Source: a virus. Taken from it: DNA of 64,000 bases. The position numbers were made by a program, and so were the translations under genes. Position 1 is the stretch's first letter; each line of letters begins with the position of its first letter. The notes under the pieces were generated by a model. It was given only the letters and a program-made list of their open reading frames with translations. It was not told where the DNA came from and did not search any database. Positions 29,553 to 40,046 of this stretch are shown here, piece after piece. The DNA is taken from positions 17,947-81,946 of the IMG/VR virus record IMGVR_UViG_3300021371_000007; one strand, 5' to 3'.

Positions 29553-31376
29553 TTATACTATCCTACTCATATTATTTTCTTTTACTATCTCTATCTTAGG
29601 TATTAGAGGGTGGTTATAGTCGTGACTAATAAGAAAAACATTTAATCCTTCTTCTACAGATAAAACTTCAAATAGCTTTTCTTTTCCTGCCTCGTCTAGT
29701 ACACCTGTTATCTCATCTAAAAATAGTAGATTTAAACTATTACCGCCTATTTTAGAAAGAGTAGATCTTACTGCGAGTAATACGCTTGTTTGTACCCTAC
29801 TAAACTCTCCCCCTGATAAAGACTCTATAGTTACTTCCTTACCTTCATTAATAACAATTACATTCAGTTTTTCTCCTGTTAATCTAAATAGTACTGAAAA
29901 CTGACCGTCAGACAGTATAGATAAATATTTATTAATAGTTTGTTCTAAATCTTTTGCTACATTCTCTAGTTTAAATGCTACAATACCCGAAGAAGAAAAC
30001 GCTTTTTTAAGTATTTGAATATTGTTAACCTTATCTTGAAGATTTAGTATATCATTTCTTAATACTAGCTGTCTAGATAAAAATTTTTCCTTTTCCTCTG
30101 AAAATAGATCTACTTTTGTGTTGTGCACCCTAATATCTTCGTTTATTTTTTCTGTATAATTTTTTTCTGTTTTTTGAATTTTTAAGGTATTTTTTAAAGT
30201 ACTTAATTCTGCTTGTATTTCTCTCTTATCAGGAACCTCAGTAGGAAGAGTCTTATCAATTAGATTAGAAATAGTCTCAAACTTTTCTATATTTTTTTGA
30301 TTTATTTCATATTTTTTAAGTAAAGATTTATACACATCATTTTTAGCGGTTAAAGAAATAAACTTATCTTTATAGTTACTATAAATAATCTTACTATCTT
30401 CTATTTGTTGCTCAAATTTATTTTTTTGTATTATAGATTGAGATATATCTAATTCTTGACCACATGCATAACATTTATCTTCTAAGTCTAGACCTTTTAA
30501 TTTTTTATTAGTATCTTCAACAACTCTTTTAGCATTATTAGCCGTTTCTCTGGCCTCTTGTATTTCTTTATCTAAGTTTGGGTCTTCTGGCTTTTCTAAA
30601 GACACATCAAAATAAATAGATTCTAACTCTTTGATATTTATATTATTCTTGTCTATCTGTCTAGTATCTTTTTCTAGATTAGATAGAGAAGCTTCTAGCT
30701 TAATAATTTCTTCTTCTAAGGAGGGGTCTATATCTATTATCTGTACAAATTCTTTTTTACTTCCTATATTTATATTTGAAATACTAGTTTCTACTGCTTT
30801 TTGTTCGCCTTTAAAAGAAACTAATTTTCGTTCTTCTTCTGTTCCTGTCTTTTTTATCTCTTCTCCAATAGTTAAATATTTTTCTAAACTAAATAGATTT
30901 ATTAAGAACTTTTTTCTGTTAGAGTCTGTAGCTTTTAAAAAGTCTAGTAAGTCTGTTGAGCTTTGATAAGATAACTGAGAAAATACTTCAAAAGTCATAC
31001 CGAATAGAGAGTGTAGTTTCTTATAAGTATCTAGAACTTTATGTTCTGATATATCTTCTTTTCCTTTATATAAAACTACTTTAGTCTGTGCCCCTGATCT
31101 TTTAACATCTAACGCGTACTCTATAGAATCGACAGAAAAAATTAAGTTAGCAGACCAGTTTTTTGAGTTGGAATACTTGTTTAGTATATCCCCCTTTTTA
31201 ATTCCTTTAATATTTTTATTAAAAAGTATTTCTTGTAGTATAAAAGCAATAGAGCTTTTACCGCTACCGTTAGGCGCAGATAATTGAGTTATTTTTTCTT
31301 TATCTAACTGTATAGATATATTTTCTCCATAACTATACATATTACTAAATTTTAAAGTTTTTAGAATAATAGACAT
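29553..31376 (-). CDS. SbcC/Rad50-like ATPase (T5 D13-like)
   Basis: PNGSGKS, CYAC hook, LSGGE, FLDE. Confidence 0.92.
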   Translation of the reverse strand: MSIILKTLKFSNMYSYGENISIQLDKEKITQLSAPNGSGKSSIAFILQEILFNKNIKGIKKGDILNKYSNSKNWSANLIFSVDSIEYALDVKRSGAQTKVVLYKGKEDISEHKVLDTYKKLHSLFGMTFEVFSQLSYQSSTDLLDFLKATDSNRKKFLINLFSLEKYLTIGEEIKKTGTEEERKLVSFKGEQKAVETSISNINIGSKKEFVQIIDIDPSLEEEIIKLEASLSNLEKDTRQIDKNNINIKELESIYFDVSLEKPEDPNLDKEIQEARETANNAKRVVEDTNKKLKGLDLEDKCYACGQELDISQSIIQKNKFEQQIEDSKIIYSNYKDKFISLTAKNDVYKSLLKKYEINQKNIEKFETISNLIDKTLPTEVPDKREIQAELSTLKNTLKIQKTEKNYTEKINEDIRVHNTKVDLFSEEKEKFLSRQLVLRNDILNLQDKVNNIQILKKAFSSSGIVAFKLENVAKDLEQTINKYLSILSDGQFSVLFRLTGEKLNVIVINEGKEVTIESLSGGEFSRVQTSVLLAVRSTLSKIGGNSLNLLFLDEITGVLDEAGKEKLFEVLSVEEGLNVFLISHDYNHPLIPKIEIVKENNMSRIV

Positions 31377-31379
31377 AAT

Positions 31380-32345
31380 TTATTTTATACCTAACTCTTT
31401 AAATTGATTTATAATAGGTTCTTTATCTTCTATTTTTATATAAGATAAGTACTCTTCTAATTCCTCTACCAAGCTTTTATTTCTAAGATCCAACTTAGAG
31501 TCTTCTGCAGGCTGTATAGCTATTTTTTTATCTATTAAGTCTGAGTTCTCTATCTTAGATACTTCATCTATAGACCCTGTAATTTCATATATTACATGGT
31601 CGTAGTCATGAGGAATTATGTCTTTTTGTTTAGATACTGTTTTTCTAATTAATTTAGGAAGCTTTAAATCAACAAATTCTCGTGAATAGTTTTGAGAATC
31701 TATACAGTTAAATATATCTATACCATATTGCCTTTTAAAATCTCTATCGAAGTGAGTGTTTAAAGGGCTGCCAGGATAGTAAGCATTATAATCTTTATAC
31801 TTATGATTAAAATGTAAGTCTCCTAGTAATATTAAAGGCCAGTCTCTTAACTGTTCAAAATCAAACTCTTCACTTACATGAGGAGGAACTTCTCCTCTTA
31901 TATGTGTTACTAAAATATCATCTTTTACATATTTAGGTATATTACCTATTTGCATTTCCCCATAAGGAAAAAACTGAAACCATTTGTTATGTGACGAATA
32001 TCTAGCATTTTTTGTTACTATTTTTACTTTCGTATTAGTTATAGCATTATCTTGATTAAAGTACTCTAAAAAGGTTTCTCCTTTTTTAGTAGCTTCATGA
32101 TTTCCTGGTATTATAAAAGTATCTATAGTTACTGAGTTAATATAACTAAGAAACAGACAAATCTCATCGGGTTCAGGTTTTTTATCAAAAACATCTCCTG
32201 CTATAATATGAATGTCACAAGAAGATTCAAGCTCACGCAACTTTTGAAACATGAGCTTAAATCTATTTTCTTGCCAAGCATATGGCACTTTCTTTTTTCT
32301 TAATAGTATATGCCAGTCTGCGCTGGAAAGAATTTTAACCGCCAT
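31380..32345 (-). CDS. SbcD/Mre11-like nuclease (T5 D12-like)
   Basis: ADWH, GDVFD, GNHE, GDLH, YPGS. Confidence 0.92.
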   Translation of the reverse strand: MAVKILSSADWHILLRKKKVPYAWQENRFKLMFQKLRELESSCDIHIIAGDVFDKKPEPDEICLFLSYINSVTIDTFIIPGNHEATKKGETFLEYFNQDNAITNTKVKIVTKNARYSSHNKWFQFFPYGEMQIGNIPKYVKDDILVTHIRGEVPPHVSEEFDFEQLRDWPLILLGDLHFNHKYKDYNAYYPGSPLNTHFDRDFKRQYGIDIFNCIDSQNYSREFVDLKLPKLIRKTVSKQKDIIPHDYDHVIYEITGSIDEVSKIENSDLIDKKIAIQPAEDSKLDLRNKSLVEELEEYLSYIKIEDKEPIINQFKELGIK

Positions 32346-33348
32346 AATTAAATATTTTGTTTAAGTTTCCTTGAAAAGTAAAAGAACCAACATGATTAAG
32401 TTTAGTATTAGGATCTACCCATATTTTACCACCTAAAGCTTGCCATCTTCTACAGAAAGTATAGTCCTCAGATAAATATCTATTATCTTTAGGATCGTGT
32501 ATTGTATCAAATAGAGAGTAGCAATACTTATTAAACTTTGGATCTATAGAGCTATCATTCTTATAAAATAAGTCTGGATACGCTTCAAACATCGCTTTAA
32601 CTACTTCTTTTTTTACTATAAAGAATCCTGTAGAAGCATCTAATACTTCTACGGCACCGTCTGAACTCGCTACTTTTTTAGTTTCTCTATTTTCAAACTT
32701 TAAATTTATAGCATACTCAGCACCAAAAGTTGCAGGGTCTTCTTCTTTTCTTTCTACTGCTCTACTAACTCCTGCCCAATCTACTGTTTTCTTTGGGTAT
32801 GCAGCAGCAGTTATATTTTTATTCATGGCTAACATTCTTAATACTGAGTCAGCCTCGAATTCTATATCAGCATCAATAAACATTAAATGGGTAGCTGATT
32901 CATCTGCCATAAACATAGCTGTTAATATGTTTCTAGCTCTAGTTACTAAGCTTTCATTTCTTAAGGTTGTAATTCTAAAATTAATACCATTTTGAATCAT
33001 AGCTTGAGACAGCTTAAACATACTTAAAAAATATTGATCTGTAACCATCCCCCCATAACAAGGAGTAGCAAAGAATATATTCATTTTTTTAAGCTCTTCA
33101 GAGTCTAACTTTACTTGTTGAGGGCCTACTTGATTAAAATACGCTTTTCCATCTTCAGGTATTTTTACGCCCTCTAAAGAGGGATTTCCTATTCCTTTAG
33201 GAGTAGATAGTTCTTTAAAAGCTTTAGTATCAATAGATATTTCTGATTGAGCTGCTTTAGGTTTGTTATTAGCCTCAGAAGAAGTTTTAGGGGAGCTGGA
33301 AGGCTCCCCTTTACTACCTGAGTACTCAGATAATTTTTTCTTAGTCAT
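32335..33348 (-). CDS. GT-A fold glycosyltransferase
   Basis: ATPCYGG, ESLVTRARN, MFIDADI (DxD), SEDYTFCRRW, HVG. Confidence 0.75.
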   Translation of the reverse strand: MTKKKLSEYSGSKGEPSSSPKTSSEANNKPKAAQSEISIDTKAFKELSTPKGIGNPSLEGVKIPEDGKAYFNQVGPQQVKLDSEELKKMNIFFATPCYGGMVTDQYFLSMFKLSQAMIQNGINFRITTLRNESLVTRARNILTAMFMADESATHLMFIDADIEFEADSVLRMLAMNKNITAAAYPKKTVDWAGVSRAVERKEEDPATFGAEYAINLKFENRETKKVASSDGAVEVLDASTGFFIVKKEVVKAMFEAYPDLFYKNDSSIDPKFNKYCYSLFDTIHDPKDNRYLSEDYTFCRRWQALGGKIWVDPNTKLNHVGSFTFQGNLNKIFNYGG

Positions 33349-34016
33349 TAAATATCTTCCATTCTTTCATCATCATCTACTCTTAAATCAGCAGCTACTG
33401 CTTCTGAAAAGTAGGCGGTATTGCGAAGTAAAAATTCTTTTTGAGCTTCATATGTTGGACGTTTAAATATCTTCTCTAGCTCAAAAAGTTCAGCATTTTT
33501 TTCTTCATCTGTAAGAGGTACAGTTCTTCTAGAAGGGATACAAGTATATTTTACATTCATAACTTGTGGTCCAGTCTTTTCTTTCTTGATAGTAATATCG
33601 TATCCTTCTTCTGTATCTGAAGGATTACCGTACTCTGGGTTCATAGCATAGTCTAAGATTTGTCTATATATAGTAGGCTTAAGATCAAATAATTTAATAG
33701 ACCCGTCTTTTCTATCTACTGCATTACACACATAAGAAAATACAGGTTTATCTTGATAGATGTCAGGATCAATTTCTTTTACAGGATCAATACCTTCCTG
33801 TTCTTGGAAAGTTTCGTTTTCTCTTACGAAACTTAGACATTCAATAGGGGTTCTTTTTCCTTCGTTATTGGTTACCCAATAAACAAAACGAGGCATTACA
33901 TCCCCAATTAATCTAATCTTATTTTCTCCTTCTGTGAGCTTAATACGCTCAATATTTCTATTCCCACCACTATTATTTGCGGGTTGTACTTTTAAGTTTG
34001 TCCATTGTAAGGCCAT
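33348..34016 (-). CDS. T5 D11-like (putative ssDNA-binding) protein
   Basis: GENKIRLIGDVMPRFVYW...KTGP..MNVKY; acidic tail; synteny. Confidence 0.75.
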   Translation of the reverse strand: MALQWTNLKVQPANNSGGNRNIERIKLTEGENKIRLIGDVMPRFVYWVTNNEGKRTPIECLSFVRENETFQEQEGIDPVKEIDPDIYQDKPVFSYVCNAVDRKDGSIKLFDLKPTIYRQILDYAMNPEYGNPSDTEEGYDITIKKEKTGPQVMNVKYTCIPSRRTVPLTDEEKNAELFELEKIFKRPTYEAQKEFLLRNTAYFSEAVAADLRVDDDERMEDI

Positions 34017-34017
34017 A

Positions 34018-34470
34018 TTATTTCTCCAATATAAGTTTTATTTTCCGATCAGAATGATTTATAAGAGGATTTTTATGATATTTTGTATCTACAAAGTAAT
34101 CAGGTAAAAATCTATTTTTATTATCTAAACTTCTCTGACCAAGGATATGTAAGTAATCGCTTTTGATATTACTAGGAAGAGAATAGTGTAGCCATGAACC
34201 GTTTGTCATATAACACTGAGGCTCTTCTATTGTAAATCTAGAGACGATTTTATCAGGATATTTATCAAAATATCCTTTAGTAATAAGAAATTGTGGAAAG
34301 TTATCTATTTTTAACTTTTCTTTTAGGTTATAAAAGTTATTAGATATTATTTTATTAGGTCCTATAGCTAAAGCAAAGGTTAATAAAATTTCTGCGTCTT
34401 TGATATTTTTAGCAGCTTTTTTTATTTCTAATATATTTAATAGTATACGCTTCATGAGACCTGCTGTCAA
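34018..34470 (-). CDS. Hypothetical protein in the T5-like D10-D11 interval
   Basis: ORF fills the interval; NPLI C-terminal motif. Confidence 0.55.
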   Translation of the reverse strand: MTAGLMKRILLNILEIKKAAKNIKDAEILLTFALAIGPNKIISNNFYNLKEKLKIDNFPQFLITKGYFDKYPDKIVSRFTIEEPQCYMTNGSWLHYSLPSNIKSDYLHILGQRSLDNKNRFLPDYFVDTKYHKNPLINHSDRKIKLILEK

Positions 34471-34472
34471 TA

Positions 34473-35780
34473 TTAATTTGAATTTATATGAAATTGTTGC
34501 TTATCATACCATTGTAATCTTTTTTCTTGCATGTTTTTTACTATAGGTCCTCGCAACCAAAAGTCTACAATTAGAGGAAATTTCTTTTCTTCGTGTTCTC
34601 TTACTATTCTTCCTATTCTCTGTTCCAGTTTAGCATAGTTATTTTGAGGACAAGTAAAAAATATAGTATCTAACCTATGGCAAGATATTCCTTCATCAAA
34701 TATCTTTGTACTCAATATAGCATTAACAGATTTACCAGCGTTTTCTAGTATAGATTCTCTATCAGAGTTTTTAGTCGCACCTACTAAAAGTCTAGAGCCT
34801 TCTAGTTTTTCATGTATACCGTTTAACATATCAATTCGCTCACTTACTATTAGTATACATCTACCTAATGCTATTTTTCTTCTAGCCGTGTCACATATTA
34901 AATCTATATAGTTGTCATTTCTGGCTAAAGTGTTTAAAGCTAGTGCCCAGTCTCTAGCAGGGTTTCTTATTCTAAAATTAATATCTGTACGTACAACCTC
35001 TACTGACGGCGTAAGCCGTGCTTTGTCTACTGCAGTTATTCTATTAGGACCAAAATAGTCAGATAGGACTATGTGCATACCATCTTTTCTAGTTGGGGTA
35101 GCAGATAACGCTATTTTAGTTCTAGCACTTAAACCATTAACTACTCTACTAAACATTTCAGCGGGGCATAAATGTGCTTCATCTACTAGTACTACTTCAA
35201 AATTATTTTTTAGCGTATCTAAGTGATTTATAAGAGTCTTATATATAGCTACTGTAATATCTTTTACTTGTAACTTGCCATCTCCAATAAAGCCTATATC
35301 TTCTCCAGGTATTAGCTCTTTTAAAGAGTCATACCATTGATATGCTAGTAGCTTAGTATGTACTATAATAACAGTAGGCTTAGAGTTATTAGCTATCAAA
35401 TAGCAACCAAGAAAAGTTTTACCCCAACCACAAGGAGCTTTTATAAGACCGTTATACAGTCTTTCATTTTTATATATTTTATTAGCTACTTGTTGTTGTT
35501 CTGTTTTTAAAATACCTTTAAACTTCCAATTTCTTCTGTTAAAAAGAGGTCTATTGTCTACGACATTTTTAAAATCTATTTTGTAGAAAGACCCTGAAGG
35601 TATAGAATGAACATCTTCTCCCTCTTCAGGAAACTGAAAAGTAGTAGCAAATTCATCACCTATTTTATAATGAAAATGATCATAAAATATATCATCCACA
35701 TCTTGTTCTAAATCTTCTTTTTTGAAATAGATTTTATCTGAGATTGTAGCATTTTTTAAGACAAATTTAGTATAGCTCAT
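34473..35780 (-). CDS. SF2 helicase (T5 D10-like)
   Basis: APCGWGKT, DEAH, SATP.RKDG, QRIGR. Confidence 0.92.
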   Translation of the reverse strand: MSYTKFVLKNATISDKIYFKKEDLEQDVDDIFYDHFHYKIGDEFATTFQFPEEGEDVHSIPSGSFYKIDFKNVVDNRPLFNRRNWKFKGILKTEQQQVANKIYKNERLYNGLIKAPCGWGKTFLGCYLIANNSKPTVIIVHTKLLAYQWYDSLKELIPGEDIGFIGDGKLQVKDITVAIYKTLINHLDTLKNNFEVVLVDEAHLCPAEMFSRVVNGLSARTKIALSATPTRKDGMHIVLSDYFGPNRITAVDKARLTPSVEVVRTDINFRIRNPARDWALALNTLARNDNYIDLICDTARRKIALGRCILIVSERIDMLNGIHEKLEGSRLLVGATKNSDRESILENAGKSVNAILSTKIFDEGISCHRLDTIFFTCPQNNYAKLEQRIGRIVREHEEKKFPLIVDFWLRGPIVKNMQEKRLQWYDKQQFHINSN

Positions 35781-36301
35781 AATCTTATTCTATCCTTTTT
35801 ATTATAGAAAGCGCTAAATTCATAAATATGCCAACAAAAATCTATGTATACTAATCCTGCCCATAAGTTTTTTAAATTTTCAATATTAAGTAAAAATTTA
35901 GGTAGCTCAAAAGGATGACTTATATTTTCTACCCAAAAAGCAGTCTCTTTTACTTTTATTATTTTTCTATAACTCATTTTATAGTGCTTATAGTAATTAT
36001 CAAAGTAGTGAGTATTTAAATTACTGTCATACCCCCAATTACTTTTACTAAGTAGTAATGCGCTTAAATTTGTACAAGTATAATCATATTTTATAGTATA
36101 ATTATTAACACTATTTAAATATTCTAATCTCTTTAAATAGTTATCATCAGACATATTGTCCCAGCTATCTACTAATAGCAAACTATCAGAGGAAATAAAA
36201 TCCTTTTTAATAAATAACTTTTTATCTCTAAATATCTCATCTACGGGAGAATTTTTTAAAGTAAATATAGGATATTTTATATTATAAAATTTACTTCTCA
36301 T
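35777..36301 (-). CDS. Hypothetical protein (T5-like, downstream of polymerase)
   Basis: Position; YPIF N-terminus and acidic-aromatic C-terminus ending RIRL. Confidence 0.55.
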   Translation of the reverse strand: MRSKFYNIKYPIFTLKNSPVDEIFRDKKLFIKKDFISSDSLLLVDSWDNMSDDNYLKRLEYLNSVNNYTIKYDYTCTNLSALLLSKSNWGYDSNLNTHYFDNYYKHYKMSYRKIIKVKETAFWVENISHPFELPKFLLNIENLKNLWAGLVYIDFCWHIYEFSAFYNKKDRIRL

Positions 36302-36932
36302 AGCCTCTTAGTCTTAACCAATTATTTAGTCTGCTGTTATATTTATAGTTTTTTTCAGATAGGTAATTTTTAAAATCTGTATGTTTTAGATTGATATGAT
36401 TATGATGATACATAGTAATAGGATCTTGCTCACCTGTACTTAATTTATTTGCTATCAGTATATTCTTTTGTATAGTGTTACTATCAGATAACTCATCTAA
36501 TATATACTTAGGCAATAATAAATTTAAGTGCCTAACTATTTTATAAATTGCTCTATCTATATTTAGAATATCATACTCATACCTAAGACTAAGTATTTTT
36601 AAATCCTCTTTTAAAGCTTTATCAAATACTAAATAATCATACTCTAGTAAGAAGTCAAACCAATCTTTAAAAGTATTTACATTAAATTGCTTATACGACC
36701 ACTCACAAAATTCTTCTTCTGTTAAGTTTCTTTTTCTCATAATAGATGCAGTTATAGATCTTAAGTCTCTATAGGAATATATATTAAAGTCTCTATCACT
36801 TACAGGATACGTTATCCACTTTTCATGACATTTTTTTACGTTTGTAACTATAAATCTTTTATTTATTAACTGTTTACAAATATTAAAAGAAACAGTAGTT
36901 CCGCTTCTATAAAGCCCGTTTACATATATCAT
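36291..36932 (-). CDS. PAPS-dependent sulfotransferase-like protein
   Basis: 5'-PSB-like GLYRSGTT, KCH, 3'-PB-like YRDLRSITAS, LRYE. Confidence 0.7.
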   Translation of the reverse strand: MIYVNGLYRSGTTVSFNICKQLINKRFIVTNVKKCHEKWITYPVSDRDFNIYSYRDLRSITASIMRKRNLTEEEFCEWSYKQFNVNTFKDWFDFLLEYDYLVFDKALKEDLKILSLRYEYDILNIDRAIYKIVRHLNLLLPKYILDELSDSNTIQKNILIANKLSTGEQDPITMYHHNHINLKHTDFKNYLSEKNYKYNSRLNNWLRLRGYEK

Positions 36933-39172
36933 CTATAGTCTTTAAGCTCCCCCCAACTAGGACCTACTTCAATATCTACTTTAATAGGTTTGCCCTCGAT
37001 AAACACGCCTCTATCTTTTTGTAAATTCAAAGATAAGTTATCTGCATAGATATCTATATAGTCTTCTCTAACTTCTGCAATAGTAGAATCATGTACTGTA
37101 GCAAAAATTCTAATGTTATCCTGATGCTGATTATCTTGTACCCATTTAACGGTATCTACAATACCTAATAAGTTAATGTCTGATGCGACACTTTGAATTA
37201 AGAAGTTTAGACCAGATCTCTCTGCATGAGCGGCCACCCCTCTAGAATCAGCGCCTGCTTCTGGAAGACGTCTTTTACGACCGAAGGCGCTGTAAGTAAA
37301 GTGATTTTCTTTAATAAAAGAAATATTACCATCAATCCATCTTTTTAAGTCTTTTGCTTGAGTAAAGTACAATTTGATAAAGCGTTTAGCTTCCTCAATA
37401 GATACATTAGCAGTTTCTGCAATTTTAGACGGCCCAGCACCATATAAAATACCAAAAGTAATAGCTTTTGCGTTTTGTCTTTCAGCAGCGTATAAATTTT
37501 TTACTTCATCAATCTCACAAGGAAGTTTAAACATACTGTGAGCTACATAAGAGTGAAAGTCTAATTCTTCTACAAAAGCTCGCTGTAAAAAAGAATCTTC
37601 AGCTAACGCCGCAGCTACATATACTTCTGCTGTTCCTAAGTCTGCTTGTACTATTTTAAATCCTGGAGAGGCTTTAAAAAACTTTTTAATACCTGAATCT
37701 TTATCTCTAGGAAGATTTTGGTAATTAAGAACTCCAGAAGACGATAGACGTCCTGCAGCAGTTCCAATAATATTAAAACTAGAGCGAAGCCTATTATCTG
37801 TATCTACTCCGTTCTTGATATTTTTAATATAAGTTGTAGAAAGTTTTACTTTCTTACGGAGGTCAAGGATAGCATCTGCAAGAGGATTATTCATTTCAGA
37901 AAGCACTTCTGCATCTGTAGATTTAGCACCTGTTGCAGTTTTCTTAGTAGAAGGAAGTTTTAATATGTTAAATAGCACCTCTCGTAAGTGAAAAGTACTA
38001 TTAGGATTAAAAGTCTTTTTCTCTTGTTCTTCAAAAATTTTAATAGCAGGGTGCATAGATATTTCAGCCATACATTCTTCAATATCAATTTTAAAATCTT
38101 CTTCAATATCAGTTAATACTTGAAGTTCAATAGGCCCTCCAGTATCTTCTAAATACATAAGAGCTTCAGTCGCAGGTTTTAATAGTTCTTTGTATACATA
38201 AGAAAATTTAGAGTTCTTATCTATTAAAGGCTTAAATTTATCATAAAGCTGAAAAGTAGCATCGGCGTCTTTACAAGCATATGGAGATAAAATATCTAAA
38301 GGCAGCATACCATAGTTAAAATCTGCTAGTAAGATTTTATTTTTTCTACAAAACTCTTTCTTATAATCATGTAGGTCTTTGTCATAATCTCCTAAGTCTG
38401 TGAATTTCATAGCTAACTGTTTTAACCCGTGAGAGCCTACTGTTTCATCTAAGCAATAGTGCATAAGAATAGTATCTTCAAATTTTGGAAATTCAAACTT
38501 CAATGCTTGATACATAAACTGTACATCAAATTTAGCGTTGTGTAATACAATAGTTTTGTCTATAAACATTTGTTTTACTTCATCATAAAACTCTTCTATC
38601 ACATCACAAGCTACAAAAATACCTTGATGAGCTCTAGCAGACATAGCTATACCAATAATAGAACCTTTTCTAGCAGATAAAGCAGTAGTCTCAATATCTA
38701 CAACTAAAGTATCTGCATTGTTAAACTGCTCTAAATAGGGTAAAAACTCTTCTGAAGTACTAACATAAGCATAGTCTTTTTCATATACTAAAGGCTGTTC
38801 TCCTGCTAAAACACTTCTTACCTTATCAAAACATTTTTGCAATTCTAATCGGTATTGAGGCTTTATAGATAACATATTAGGATCAATAATAGGTATGTAC
38901 TTTTCTTCTACTATCTGACCTGCATACTTAAGTATGCCTGTAAGACCGGAAGTATATTTTAAAGATTCTGCACCCACAGGACAAATAATATCATACTCAT
39001 CTAGAGTGGTTAAGTCTAGATCTACATTTTTCTTTAGAATTTTTTCTAAAGGTTCAGAAGATAGATACTTCACTTCAAAATCAATTCCCTTAGAGAAAGA
39101 TTTTAATTTTGATACAGTATCTGCTTTTAAAGGATTACTAAGCACTAAAGCTACTTTTAAATCTTTACTCAT
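36929..39172 (-). CDS. polA: Family A DNA polymerase with 3'-5' exonuclease
   Basis: DIETT, HNAKFD, YACKDAD, GRLSS, ADLGTAE, RQNAKAITFGILYG, TVHDS. Confidence 0.95.
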   Translation of the reverse strand: MSKDLKVALVLSNPLKADTVSKLKSFSKGIDFEVKYLSSEPLEKILKKNVDLDLTTLDEYDIICPVGAESLKYTSGLTGILKYAGQIVEEKYIPIIDPNMLSIKPQYRLELQKCFDKVRSVLAGEQPLVYEKDYAYVSTSEEFLPYLEQFNNADTLVVDIETTALSARKGSIIGIAMSARAHQGIFVACDVIEEFYDEVKQMFIDKTIVLHNAKFDVQFMYQALKFEFPKFEDTILMHYCLDETVGSHGLKQLAMKFTDLGDYDKDLHDYKKEFCRKNKILLADFNYGMLPLDILSPYACKDADATFQLYDKFKPLIDKNSKFSYVYKELLKPATEALMYLEDTGGPIELQVLTDIEEDFKIDIEECMAEISMHPAIKIFEEQEKKTFNPNSTFHLREVLFNILKLPSTKKTATGAKSTDAEVLSEMNNPLADAILDLRKKVKLSTTYIKNIKNGVDTDNRLRSSFNIIGTAAGRLSSSGVLNYQNLPRDKDSGIKKFFKASPGFKIVQADLGTAEVYVAAALAEDSFLQRAFVEELDFHSYVAHSMFKLPCEIDEVKNLYAAERQNAKAITFGILYGAGPSKIAETANVSIEEAKRFIKLYFTQAKDLKRWIDGNISFIKENHFTYSAFGRKRRLPEAGADSRGVAAHAERSGLNFLIQSVASDINLLGIVDTVKWVQDNQHQDNIRIFATVHDSTIAEVREDYIDIYADNLSLNLQKDRGVFIEGKPIKVDIEVGPSWGELKDYR

Positions 39173-40046
39173 ATTCTTCTCCAAATAATTTCATTAATTC
39201 TGACTTATTTAAGTCTCCGGCATCTCTGCCTTCAGGGGGCTGAACAATAATAGTTTCTATATCTCTAGCCTCTAGTAGTGCAGTAATATTTTCTGCAGCT
39301 TTGTTACCACTTATATCATTATCCATGAATATAGTAACTCTGGTACACCCTAAGTTATCTATCATAGACGCTTTTTCCTTACGAAAATTGTTTGTTCCGA
39401 AAATACAAACTGTATTTTTATATCCGTGTTGCCATAAGTTTAACATATCAAATAAGCCTTCAACAAGTATTAAATGACTTTTATCTACTATTTTGTCTAT
39501 AGGGAATAATAAATCACTGGTAGCAGCGTTTGAAGGCTTTCTCATATATCTTGGACTTTGTGTTTTGACGTTTAATATTTTGTATCTTCCTTCTATAAAT
39601 CTAAGCTTTCCTTGTTGATAAACAGGAAAACATAAGTAGTCTACTAATCCTAATTGTCCCGTAGTGAAACTTTCAAACTCTTTCATTATAGAACCATTTA
39701 CTCCTTTAAAATCTAGAGTAAAATTTATCTTATCTGAAGGCAATATTATATTCATTCCAAAAAACTTAGAATGAAGTTTATTTTTTAGCTTTTTAATCTT
39801 ATAAGTCTGTTTAGTTTCTATTTCTACAGAAGAATCTTCTCCTATAGCTTTTAGCAACTTTTTATAGCTTCCTCCAAACCCACAAGAAAAACAATTAAAT
39901 ACGTTTTTATCTAAGTTAAATCGCATACTAGGATTGGAATCTTCATGCAGACCGCTAACACACTTAATAAGAATTTCTTCACTATGATTAGGATTATTTT
40001 CGTACTCAATTTGTTTTTTATCTAATATAGAGTATATATCATGCAT
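39165..40046 (-). CDS. DNA primase
   Basis: CHC2 zinc finger (C..LHED.NPS...CFSC) and TOPRIM (VEGLFD, DND). Confidence 0.9.
   Translation of the reverse strand: MHDIYSILDKKQIEYENNPNHSEEILIKCVSGLHEDSNPSMRFNLDKNVFNCFSCGFGGSYKKLLKAIGEDSSVEIETKQTYKIKKLKNKLHSKFFGMNIILPSDKINFTLDFKGVNGSIMKEFESFTTGQLGLVDYLCFPVYQQGKLRFIEGRYKILNVKTQSPRYMRKPSNAATSDLLFPIDKIVDKSHLILVEGLFDMLNLWQHGYKNTVCIFGTNNFRKEKASMIDNLGCTRVTIFMDNDISGNKAAENITALLEARDIETIIVQPPEGRDAGDLNKSELMKLFGEEYE

Noticed and set aside
36929-39172. Z-genome (DpoZ/PurZ) or deazaguanine modification system
   Set aside because: No purZ, datZ, dpdA or que genes recognised; the polymerase looks T5-like.
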